Assembly (NCBI GenBank): GCA_046346845.1 | Contig: JAXMHH010000002.1 | Location: 426,747 to 490,746, forward strand | Reading direction: 5' to 3' | Source: a bacterium | GTDB lineage: Bacteria > UBA10199 > DSSB01 | Length of the DNA stretch: 64,000 nucleotides | In this document: positions 43,901 through 51,900 of the stretch, piece by piece | How positions within the stretch are numbered: the stretch's first letter is position 1 | Layout of the letters: each line of letters begins with the position of its first letter | The notes under the pieces: model-generated | Told to the model about the DNA's origin: nothing | Database searches by the model: none | The model's input: only the letters and a program-made list of their open reading frames with translations | Position numbers and translations under genes: made by a program

Positions 43901-44205
43901 AGCAACTGAATGAAAGGGTTGTGTCGAATCCGGAATGGATCGAGATTCGGGACAAGGTCGAGGCCATGGAACGAGCCTGGCAGGGCCTGGGCTACGAACC
44001 TCCTTTTTCTGTTCAGGAGGCGGTGGAGTTCATCCTGGAGGAGCGCGGCATGACGGCCCCCCTCGCACGCAGCCTTCTAGACATGATGGAACAAGCGGCA
44101 GGGGAGAAGCATTGGGATGCCATACAAAATGTCATGGAGGCGGATAATCCCATTCCACTCCTGCAGGCCTTTATCCGCAAGCGCCGACAAGGCGGCAAAC
44201 CCTGA
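37999..44205 (+). CDS. Giant 2068-aa divergent member of the module family with multi-domain, lower-GC cargo (includes winged HTH)
   Basis: 39130-39780 aligns with the module (AFAEANALLGLQLGQEVL, LARAYGSNLIMIFGLKGAG); junction FLGVMGGG; wHTH-like region 40696-40869. Confidence 0.72.
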   Translation: MHPRIPKQSFFAPAFSPKEKQGTFQEDSLARVPSGPWEDQFQNNFQTTPKFESPRPSGLWRAEGAAPSLQTSLSDLLPQLNDLSPRDVAMALENLRALGVYLSSEKSGGEIDAAAELFGALAAFADASSHGEIRALAPLYDGYRLLALGDLEPAIARFRRVQDILPEAKALVTHWETDQKRGFNLRVLEAWEEFSREGEAIQSDEVEGLLGKALVGIDGWFRQDGKTLADDLRSKFQLERELREELRQGLYSGAYSDLQQGLSVIAQQGPEKFQARARKILAEAREQDHAGSYLLGHLIAYTGETESKGKWEGTLYEETEQLRLRYGAKGSAWQLYALLGGSAADETVRKKSAKQAEALWREALGQKIEREIGEILWDEVRAIGTDDLLQVALMGGAIKVGNSARLAGLQLLQKAGVTGFKALLFAGASGAFAEANALLGLQLGQEVLRHDPRKVLTREHLARAYGSNLIMIFGLKGAGGAAPALAPRLARGLGLTTAEGARLSGAGELLAQGAGHGAGLSAMIATAQVNQALGWQASPRGGLQENVVHEVFNYLKYAIAQRGFDRMLGKGWAEHVQRQHREIAMREAELLGEAQVVQAGYALASKDPEGRPRFATQTGQRLFEQWRSVLLSRSGFNGDKLATLLARGERGKAESYALSFGLNLQFEGGRLAGLSEIQGRSQAPEKSRGTGSSAFRNFAVQLALSPLTFLGVMGGGAAGFGARSRRSLLIQSSLGETRGFEVPFQANFHSGKALDFARDGARFGIFCKALEEILVQGEEGRGNLRLKGKVASELRLNPKLAEEILQDSLRLELEFDFDSEEILSLKVWKGDQLRREFQKPLETPVVPAAEPVSPLVIEAVMKEPAAPAPEPEVLADQAFSGNESILPHIPFPKRRGEPLSTLIIAQLQAHPEGLMRTHLRRLLSRSGRNIQNALDTLLERGVVEGVGLDSFRRIYRLKTPALPMPETSEAASAQIPLAPTVTEPTGALTEPDLTEEIASVAASSSSIPPSSPPEARPLDQTPLPPPVEMHPDIAEDPPSDSEPPSSGSGIPVKSTQFMEGDTTQPLGVSPTWPSAGVATPKYPKEIVSEVTLPEAVSDRSLRTSITLIPAEGERAGLMGFGDAVRLFCTALSSSGQENGRTFQLHLVFPNQERWGFRIMFDRKGFPQLADEGLGTWSKAEASPPHAITLSKVAGFQFRFQASYSKDRPPLAFDLQAVQNQFGKTIGLTLPLVQPKYEGPRNAFIAVQQPAAPQVEVLGQQVVSSNTIAKSDGMRVRHQFHLSNGDFVQLLVYSLHHAKGRMTIEEAKLFRLGEGPDQAIPLTVISGGKDTGGKNTLLLEEGSLGFHLKMDLQSPKASSGCYVEFSNFQMSKDYRGIWVKVLLPEVEAVDRRVSSQPPLLQEGEPSNAVEALEGEIFQGNLRAVREMGVLARQDSSAAARLVELHQLIEDPTAIGSGPELRVALMDEILDLAETSPKALDYLTILDQASEPEARVSQRLLDTALGRSQNAGSAFEYFQVGAETESPRHLMALATIACQAEKTDLREMAAATLGDLTWVPRVGGPLDQAGLSQIHRLAQFQEGANRALQDFIEAKDGGGTLAELSAILDLATQNEELGWVYWEKLRYLCGHQAGFLETIMAKHSGLPEGEPKRQLENFLRNYDVSQGADTDNRMAVELLATRFANEAAASRLQVLQNRDDASQPPPASGEMPEEFLDEDIQEGVGELEKPPLEGEGALQGQPTQSYCSSPAGSAASGPFSEEVRWLFSHGRLVQQLSRYPQIRGPLSAVIVRLLQEYSGIYRTDIEWFVSSVVGPEGHKVPTTEGEWFESWTRYYAKYQSTFEHLARELNSAIIELSERGGGFVDLARRAGALKDDIVAEAPRLSLVERNKTIKQLREIVRAGAKMDLEPLDLLIGGLEKLRRGEMFLITFKALYLSYMPGPPKKNAIEIKDVEMPTRDGDFQRGQKLLQQLNERVVSNPEWIEIRDKVEAMERAWQGLGYEPPFSVQEAVEFILEERGMTAPLARSLLDMMEQAAGEKHWDAIQNVMEADNPIPLLQAFIRKRRQGGKP

Positions 44206-44677
44206 GCCGAAGACCAAGAGAGGCCTTTGCCTCTGGGGATGTTTTAGCCCAGGCCTGCCCGGGCTCTTGGTGATTTTTTTGATTTTTACCTGATCTCTGG
44301 AAGTCTGCCCGTGCCCCCGGGCGGAGAAAAAAGAGGTTAGGCGAGCCGGCCAGAGGGCTCGGGGTTTTGGTCACGGCCCGCCTTTCCTCAAAGTTTTTAT
44401 TCGCAGCGCCAAAAAGCCCTCGACGTCAACCGCGCTGCGCGGGTCACGAGGGCTCGCTGGAGTCTTTGTAATCTCGAGCCCTCGATCTTACAGCCTTTCA
44501 TAGAAGCAAAGGACGTGCCATTGAGATGTGTTTTATAACTATATGAAAATATTAAATTTTTTATAAATGGTGTTTCTTTTCCAATATCTTCCCTTTGCAA
44601 TGGAATCCTTATTTGTGAACTAATTATTCTCATAAGAGGCAGTAGTTAACGATCCACAGCTGCATGGCAAAGGCGCT

Positions 44678-44693
44678 TGGCAAAATACTGGCT
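44678..44693 (+). promoter_or_regulatory. Putative sigma54 promoter of cstA
   Basis: TGGCAAAATACTGGCT (GG-N10-GC), AT-rich region upstream. Confidence 0.45.
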
Positions 44694-44714
44694 TTGCATT
44701 ACAGCTCAGGACCC

Positions 44715-46571
44715 ATGAACGCCCTCCCCATCGTCATCGGCGCCGCCTGCATCTTCGTCATTGCTTACCGCTTTTATTCCGGCTTCATCGCCGCCAAGGT
44801 CCTGGCCCTCGACGACTCCCGCCAGACCCCGGCCCACACCTATTATGACGGGCACAATTATTACCCGACCAACAAATGGGTCCTCTTCGGTCACCACTTC
44901 GCCGCAATCACTGGGGCGGGGCCCTTGATCGGGCCCGTGCTCGCCACGCAGTTCGGCTTTCTCCCCGGCCTGCTCTGGCTGGTGATCGGCGTGGTCTTGG
45001 GCGGGGCGGTCCACGACTTCATCATCCTCACCGCCTCGCTGCGCCACAAGGGCAGGTCCCTGGCCCAGATCGCCCGGGAGGAATTGGGCCCCTTTTCGGG
45101 GCTCATCTGTTCGCTCGCCATCTTATTCATCATCATCATCGCGCTCTCGGGGCTGGGGCTGGCCGTGGTGAACGCCTTGAAGGACAGCGCCTGGGGGACC
45201 TTCACGATCTTCCTGACCATCCCCCTCGCCCTGTTCATGGGCCTCTACATGTACCGCTTCCGCAAGGGGAAGATCGCCGAGGCCACCGCGATCGGCGTGA
45301 TTGGCCTGATCGCCGCGGTGATCTTCGGAAAGTTCATCCCCGAGAGCTCCCTCGGGCACTATTTCAGCCTCTCCAAGAACGGCATCACCCTCGCCATCGC
45401 CGCCTACGGCTTCATCGCCAGCGTGCTGCCGGTATGGATGCTGCTCTGTCCCCGGGATTACCTCTCTTCTTATATGAAGATCGGGACCATCCTGTTTTTG
45501 GCCATCGCGGTGATCGTGGTCCATCCTGACCTCAAGATGGCGCCGGTCACGGATTTCATCCACGGGCACGGGCCGATCGTGCCGGGCAAGGTCTTTCCCT
45601 TCGTCTTCATCACCATCGCCTGCGGGGCGATCTCGGGTTTTCACGGCCTGGTCGCCTCGGGGACTACCCCGAAGATGATTTCAAAGGAGAGCGACGCCCG
45701 CCCCATCGGCTACGGCGCCATGCTGATCGAGAGCTTCGTCGGCATCATGGCCCTGATCGCCGCGGCCTCGCTGTTTCCCAGCGATTACTTCGCGATCAAC
45801 GTGAGCCCGGAGAAATTCCAGCTCTTGGGGATGGATCCGGTCAATTTGGGCGAGCTCTCGCGTCAGGTCGGGGAAAACGTGGCGGGTCGCCCCGGCGGGG
45901 CCGTCTCGCTGGCGGTGGGCATGGCGCAGATCTTTTCCGGAATGCCCGGGATGCGCCACCTGATGGACTATTGGTACCACTTCGCCATCATGTTCGAGGC
46001 GCTGTTCATCCTCACCACCATCGATACCGGGACGCGGGTGGGGCGCTTCGTGGTGCAGGAATTCGGCGGGCTGTTCCACAAGAAATTCGAGCAGGCCGAT
46101 TGGCTGCCGGGGACCATCCTGTCTTCCTTGGTGATCGTTGGCTCCTGGAGCTATTTCATCTATACCGGCAGCATCGCCACGATCTGGCCGATGTTCGGCA
46201 TCTCCAACCAACTGCTCGCCGCGGTGGCCTTATGCATCGCGACCATCCTCCTGGTGCGGAGCGGCAAGTCGCGTTACGCCTGGGTGACCCTCTTGCCGCT
46301 GAGCTTCGTCGGGGTCACCACCCTGACCGCGGGTTGGGAGAGCATCCGTGATATTTTTTATCCGCTGACCTCTAGCGGCGATGCGGCGAAGGTCACGCAG
46401 GGTTGGGTCAACACCACCTTGACCGTGGCGATCATGGTCTTGGCCATCTTGATCGTGCTGGCTTCCGCCAAGAAGTGGGTGGAGTTGGCCTATTCCAAAA
46501 ACAAGGCCGCCCTTCCTGTGGGCTCAGACCAGCCGGATCGGCAGGATCCCCTGACCGAAGAGGTCCACTAA
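44715..46571 (+). CDS. cstA: Carbon starvation protein A (CstA) transporter
   Basis: [68 protein letters not shown]. Confidence 0.95.
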   Translation: MNALPIVIGAACIFVIAYRFYSGFIAAKVLALDDSRQTPAHTYYDGHNYYPTNKWVLFGHHFAAITGAGPLIGPVLATQFGFLPGLLWLVIGVVLGGAVHDFIILTASLRHKGRSLAQIAREELGPFSGLICSLAILFIIIIALSGLGLAVVNALKDSAWGTFTIFLTIPLALFMGLYMYRFRKGKIAEATAIGVIGLIAAVIFGKFIPESSLGHYFSLSKNGITLAIAAYGFIASVLPVWMLLCPRDYLSSYMKIGTILFLAIAVIVVHPDLKMAPVTDFIHGHGPIVPGKVFPFVFITIACGAISGFHGLVASGTTPKMISKESDARPIGYGAMLIESFVGIMALIAAASLFPSDYFAINVSPEKFQLLGMDPVNLGELSRQVGENVAGRPGGAVSLAVGMAQIFSGMPGMRHLMDYWYHFAIMFEALFILTTIDTGTRVGRFVVQEFGGLFHKKFEQADWLPGTILSSLVIVGSWSYFIYTGSIATIWPMFGISNQLLAAVALCIATILLVRSGKSRYAWVTLLPLSFVGVTTLTAGWESIRDIFYPLTSSGDAAKVTQGWVNTTLTVAIMVLAILIVLASAKKWVELAYSKNKAALPVGSDQPDRQDPLTEEVH

Positions 46572-46769
46572 GAGGCTGTTGAAAAAGAGTTATTATTCCC
46601 TCCGGAATGAATCCGGCTCCCCTCACCGCCCGAAAATCCGAAGGATTTTCGGGGCCCCCCCAGCCGCCTGTGGGGCGGGGTTCGAGTTTCCCGAACCTTG
46701 CAGAAAATTCGAAGAATTTGCGGAGTGCAATAACCTTGGGCTAAGCACCGGCGATTATTCAACTGCCTG
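46572..46769. mobile_element. MITE-like element, long copy (198 bp)
   Basis: Ends gaggctgttgaaaaag / ttattcaactgcctg; CTAA duplicated at 46568-46571 and 46770-46773; internal ccggaatgaatccggctcc is the reverse complement of copy 1. Confidence 0.7.
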
Positions 46770-46773
46770 CTAA

Positions 46774-46810
46774 TAAAAAAACCCCCGCTGTTGCCAGCGG
46801 GGGTTTTTTT
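46774..46810. terminator. Bidirectional intrinsic terminator
   Basis: aaaaaaacccccgctg-ttgc-cagcgggggttttttt between convergent genes. Confidence 0.85.
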
Positions 46811-46825
46811 CGGTTTGGGCTGAGT

Positions 46826-47581
46826 TTACTTGCGGGCCGCGCGGCGACGCAGGGTCAGGCCGAGGCCGCTGAGGGCCATCCAGGCCGCCAGGTTCAGCGA
46901 GGAGCCGCTGCTCGCACCGACCAGCATGCTGCATCCGCCGGAGCTGGCTTGGGGACCGTCGACGTTGCCGTCGCCGTTATTCCCGCCGTCGTTGTTGTCC
47001 GGGTTCTGGCCGTCCTCGGGCTGCTCGGCGGCCTGCACCTTGAAGCGGATTTCCAAAAATCCCACCTTGGAGAAGTTTTGGATCTGGTCGCCCAACAGGA
47101 TCGATTGAGGAGGCTCATTGATAATCTCATCCTGTCCGCCGACCGGGACCACCTCGACGGTGGCGCCGACCGCGTTGATGTAGAGAGGCTGGCTGCCATC
47201 CCACTGGGCCGACTCGTTGGTCGACTTGAAGTGGATGTAGTGATCGAGCCCCATCGGCTGGGTGCCGGTCATCTGGAATTGGAAGCTGCCTTCCGCCTCT
47301 TCGTAGGCGCTGAAGTAGAGCTTGCCGAGGATGCCGTCCTTTTCGGCGTGCAGTTTCACCACCTCGCCGTCGCTGGGGAAGGCCTCCACCTTCTCGCCGT
47401 TGATCGTGTAGACGATTCGGGCCTCGGCCAGGCTGGCCTCGGGGATGGTGACGCGGACGTAGTCCGAACTGCCCATTTCGTTGAGGACGGGCATCGCCTT
47501 CGCAGTCTGGGCGACAAGGCCGCAGGCCAGGGCGAGGAGGGTTAAGGTGATTTTCTTTTTCAGGTTCTCGAGCGTTTTCAT
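46826..47581 (-). CDS. Secreted beta-rich protein with MYXO-CTERM-like tail
   Basis: Signal peptide ending ...QTAKA; D/N/G linker; tail GGCSM...AWMALSGLGLTLRRR. Confidence 0.78.
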   Translation of the reverse strand: MKTLENLKKKITLTLLALACGLVAQTAKAMPVLNEMGSSDYVRVTIPEASLAEARIVYTINGEKVEAFPSDGEVVKLHAEKDGILGKLYFSAYEEAEGSFQFQMTGTQPMGLDHYIHFKSTNESAQWDGSQPLYINAVGATVEVVPVGGQDEIINEPPQSILLGDQIQNFSKVGFLEIRFKVQAAEQPEDGQNPDNNDGGNNGDGNVDGPQASSGGCSMLVGASSGSSLNLAAWMALSGLGLTLRRRAARK

Positions 47582-47646
47582 AACGATCTTCCTTTCTTCG
47601 GTTTGGAGTGCCGGTGAAGGAGTGCTGTTTGTCGCCGAGAAGAGAT

Positions 47647-47662
47647 TGCAGGCCGGGTGCCA
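47647..47662 (-). promoter_or_regulatory. Sigma54 promoter for the 47581 gene
   Basis: Minus strand TGGCACCCGGCCTGCA. Confidence 0.65.
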
Positions 47663-47762
47663 GAAACATGGACAGTTGAAATCATTGATTATTTTTAATT
47701 TTCGAGGCGAAAAAATCGGGGTCGGGGTCCCCGAATCGGAAATTTTGTGAAATGGGCTTGGC

Positions 47763-48491
47763 CTATTTTGGATGGCGGAGGTCGCGTCGGGCCAGGGCGG
47801 CGACCGCGGCGAGGACCTCGCCGTGGACGCGGTCTAGGTGTCGGGCGGCGGATTCGCCCCTGCGGCGTTTTATCGAGATGGGGCGGCCGACCCAATGGAC
47901 CAGCTTCATGGGGAAGGGCAGGAGGCCCAGGCCCATAAAGAAGGGCACGCTGAAGCGCAGCCTTTCGAGCAGTTTGATGCGCGGTTTCAGCAGGAAGTAG
48001 GAGTTGAAATAGGCCGAGTTGATCCCGCGGCAATAGGTAGGGACGATCGGCGTTTGGGTCTTGATCGCGAGCCGCACGAAACCCTTGCGGCGCTCCCAGG
48101 GGATGCGGCGGAGTCCGGACTTGGCGATGAGGGCCTCGTAGATGCCGCCGGGGGCGAGCATGACGATGTGGTCCTGCTTCAGGAGGCGTTCGGCATTGCG
48201 TGGATCGGCCTGGACCGCCCCTCCCTTCAAGAAGAGCTCGCGCAGCCCGGGGACCTGAAAGAGAAAGTCCGCCCCCAAGCCGCGCGCCATCAGCTTGCGG
48301 CGTTGCAGCAGCTTCCAGGCGAGGAGGAAACCGTGGAAGGGGATGATGCCGTGGTTCATCACCACCAGGCATCGCTTCGCGGGGATGTGATCCAAGCCGT
48401 GGACCTCGTAGCGGAAGTATTTTTCCAGCAGTCGAAAGGCCGGCGAGAGTTTGCGCAGGAATTCCGGGTCCGCCTGATGCTGAGTCCGCAT
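47763..48491 (-). CDS. Lysophospholipid/DGAT2-like acyltransferase
   Basis: VVMNHG, APGGIYEAL, RKGFVRLAIKTQTPIVP, VGRPI. Confidence 0.82.
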   Translation of the reverse strand: MRTQHQADPEFLRKLSPAFRLLEKYFRYEVHGLDHIPAKRCLVVMNHGIIPFHGFLLAWKLLQRRKLMARGLGADFLFQVPGLRELFLKGGAVQADPRNAERLLKQDHIVMLAPGGIYEALIAKSGLRRIPWERRKGFVRLAIKTQTPIVPTYCRGINSAYFNSYFLLKPRIKLLERLRFSVPFFMGLGLLPFPMKLVHWVGRPISIKRRRGESAARHLDRVHGEVLAAVAALARRDLRHPK

Positions 48492-48620
48492 GGCAGGCCC
48501 TTAGCATAGGCTCCTGGGCGTCCCCACGAAAAAATCGCGGCGTGGCGTGGTAAATCAGCCATCAAGCGCGGCCTATTGCCCTCCGGGGAGCAATCCTGCA
48601 AAATTTCACCCAGGTCGGCC

Positions 48621-48800
48621 ATGAGGAAGCTTGCCTTCATCCTCTTGTTGCTGGGGGTTTTTTTGTTGTGGAAACCCGCGCCGGTGCTCTGCGTGTATTG
48701 CGCCGGGGGTGGCCCCTGCTTTTCCAACACCGATTGCAGCCTAGGCTGCCGCTGTCAGGCCCCGCCCTTTTTCCAAGGGGTCTGCGTGCCGAATTATTAA
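48621..48800 (+). CDS. Small secreted cysteine-rich (knottin-like) peptide
   Basis: Signal peptide, then C-x5-C-x5-C-x3-C-x-C-x9-C. Confidence 0.65.
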   Translation: MRKLAFILLLLGVFLLWKPAPVLCVYCAGGGPCFSNTDCSLGCRCQAPPFFQGVCVPNY

Positions 48801-48885
48801 CAGGCTGTGAAAAAACAGGGCTGGGCGGGCGATGGCGGAAGCCAGAGATACTCCGGCGCGAACCAAACTTATTTTCAGCAGCCTC
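48801..48885. mobile_element. MITE-like element, degenerate copy (85 bp)
   Basis: caggctgtgaaaaa...ttattttcagcagcct, collinear with copy 1 (gggcgatgg...ccggcg). Follows TTAA; the right-hand duplication is not preserved. Confidence 0.55.
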
Positions 48886-48934
48886 CGAAGAGCCCCTGGA
48901 TTTTCCGCCCGGCGCCGGGCTATCGTTTCCCCGC

Positions 48935-51900
48935 ATGCATCCCTCCCTGCAGAGTTTTCATCCGGTCATCGCCCGTTGGTTTGAAGGGCGCTTCGGCGCG
49001 CCCACCGAGCCGCAGCGGCGCGGGTGGCCGCTCATCGCCTCCGGCCGCGACACCCTGATCGCGGCGCCCACCGGCTCCGGCAAGACCTTGGCGGCCTTCC
49101 TGGCCTGCCTGGATCGCCTGGTCCGGGCCGGGGAGGCGGGCCTGCTCAAGGATCAGACCTCCGTCGTCTACGTCTCGCCGCTGAAGGCCCTCGGCAACGA
49201 TATCCAGAAGAACTTGGCCGAGCCGCTCGCCGAATTGCGCGCCTTGGGGCAGGCGATGGGCATCGCCTTGCCGGAGATCCGCAGCGCCGTGCGCAGCGGG
49301 GACACCACGGCCGGCGAACGCGCGGCGATGCTGAAGCAGCCCCCGCACCTGCTGATCACCACCCCGGAATCCCTTTACCTCCTGCTCACCTCGCAGCGCG
49401 GCCGCGAGCTGCTGGCTCCGGCGCAGACGGTGATCGTCGACGAGATCCACGCCCTGGCCCGCGACAAGCGGGGCTCGCACTTCGCGTTGAGCTTGGAACG
49501 CCTCGACCGCCTGGCGCGGCGCCGGATCCCGCGTGGGCCTGTCGGCAACCCAACGGCCCATCCAGGAGATCGCGCGCTTTTGGTGGGCAGCTCCCGGGTG
49601 GCGGCGGATGGGTCCCCGGACTGCGTCATCGTCGACTCGGGCCACCGCCGCGAGCTGGACCTGGCGCTGGAGATCCCCGAGGAGGAATTGGGCGCGGTCG
49701 CCTCCAAGGAATTGTGGGGCGACATCTACGACCGCGTCGCGCAGTTGGTGCAGGAGCACCGCAGCACCTTGGTCTTTGTCAACACCCGCCGCCTGGTCGA
49801 ACGCGCCACCCACGCCCTGTCGGAGCGGCTGGGCGAGGAGGCGGTGGCGGCGCACCACGGCAGCCTGTCGAAGGAGACCCGCCTCGACGCCGAGACCCGC
49901 CTCAAGTCGGGGCTTACCAAGGCGGTGGTGGCGACGGCGTCGCTGGAGTTGGGCATCGACGTCGGCGCGGTCGATCTGGTCTGCCACATCGGCAGCCCGC
50001 GCAGCCTGGCCGTGGGCCTTCAACGGATCGGCCGCGCGGGGCATGCCCCCAATTCCCAGGACGCGGAGACGGCCCTCGTCCTGCCCAAGGGCAGACTTTT
50101 CCCGGCGACGCGCGACGAGCTGTTGGAATGCGCGGCCTTCGTGCGGGGGGTAAGGCGGGGCAATCTGGAAAAGACCCACCTTATGGCCCACCCGCTGGAC
50201 ATCCTGGCCCAACAGATGGCCGCGGCGGTGGCCTGCGAGGAGCTGGGCGAGGACGAGCTCTTCGCCTTGGTGCGTGGCGCCTGGCCCTATGCCCGCCTGC
50301 CGCGGGAGGAATTTGACGCGGTCTTGACACTGCTCTCGGAAGGCATCGCGACCTCAAGGGGCCCGCGCGGGGCCTGGCTGCATCGGGACGGAGTCACGCA
50401 CCGCCTCCGGCCGCGGCGCGGGGCCCGCCTGGCGGCGCTGACCTCCGGCGGGGCCATTCCGGACAACTTTACCTATACGGTGGTGAAAGAGCCCGAGGGC
50501 ACGGTGATCGGCTCGCTCGACGAGGACTTCGCCATCGAGAGCCTGGCCGGCGACGTCATCCTGCTGGGCAACACCTCGTGGCGGATCCGCCGAATCGAGG
50601 CCGGCCGGGTGCGCGTCGAGGACGCCCATGGCCAGGCCCCCAATATCCCCTTCTGGCTGGGCGAGGCGCCGGGCCGAAGTCCGGAGCTTTCCTGGGAGGT
50701 CTCGGAGTTGCGCAAGGCCCTGGAGCCCCTCCTCGAGACGCCGGAGCGGGCGATCGCTTTTCTCGAGCAGGAATGCGGCGTCCCGATCCTCGGGGCCGAG
50801 CAGGCGGTGAGCTATCTGCGGCAGGCGAAACAGGCGCTGGGGACCCTCCCCACCCAGGAGACGTTGATTGCGGAGCGCTTCTTCGACGAGGGGGGCGGGA
50901 TGCAATTGGTCCTGCACGCCCCCTTCGGCGGTCGGATGAATCGGGCCTTCGGCCTCGCCTTGCGCAAGCGCTTCTGCGCCGGCTTCAACTTCGAATTGCA
51001 GGCGGCGGCGACCGACGACGGGATCCTGCTTTCGCTGGGTCCGCAGCACAGCTTTCCGCTCGATTCGGTGTTCCGTTTTCTTTCCACCCAGACGGTCCAG
51101 CATACCTTGGAACAGGCGGTGTTGGACGCCCCGGTGTTCGGCGTGCGCTGGCGGTGGAACGCCACCCGCGCCCTGGCGCTGCTGCGTCAATCCGGCGGCA
51201 AGCGGGTGCCGCCGGCCATCCAACGCATGCGCAGCGACGATCTGCTGGCGGCGGCCTTCCCCGACCAGGCGGCCTGCCAGGAAAATGTGACGCGCCCGAT
51301 CGCCATCCCCGACCATCCCTTGGTGACCGAGACGATGCGCAATTGTCTGGAGGAGGCCATGGACCTGCCGGGCCTTACGGCCTTGCTGCGCCGGATCGAG
51401 GCGGGGGAGATCCGCCTGCTCGCCCGCGATACGCCGACGCCCTCGCCGCTGAGCCATGAGATCCTCAATTCCAATCCCTACACGTTTTTGGACGACGCGC
51501 CCTTGGAAGAGCGCCGGGCCCGCGCGGTGGCGACGCGGCGGACGCTCTCGGAGGAAGACCTGCGGGCCTTTGGCGCCCTCGACGAGGCCGCGATCGCGGC
51601 GGTCGAAGCAGAGAATTGGCCGGACCTGCGCAGTGCCGACGAACTGGCCGATGCCCTGCGCGACCTGTTCTTGTTGCCGGAGCTGAGCGTCAGCACGGCC
51701 TGGCGCCCTTGGCTGCAAGAGCTGGAAGCCGCGGGCCGTGCCGCGGCCCTAGGGCGTCACTATGCGAGCCATGATCGTCGCGAGCTGGCGGAACGCGCCC
51801 TGCTTGGTGATTCGGAGGCGGTGGCCGCGGTGCTGCGGGGTTGGTTGACGGCGGGAGGGCCGGCAACGGTCGCTCAATGGGCGAACAAAATTCAGTTGCC

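Noticed and set aside
44206-44400. Nested inverted repeats after the giant gene as a mobile element
   Set aside because: More simply a terminator region; no target duplication or second copy.
48491-48506. Sigma54-like TGGCAGGCCCTTAGCA before the knottin-like gene
   Set aside because: Mismatch in the -12 element, and it overlaps the start and a plausible -10 (TATGCT) of the opposite gene.
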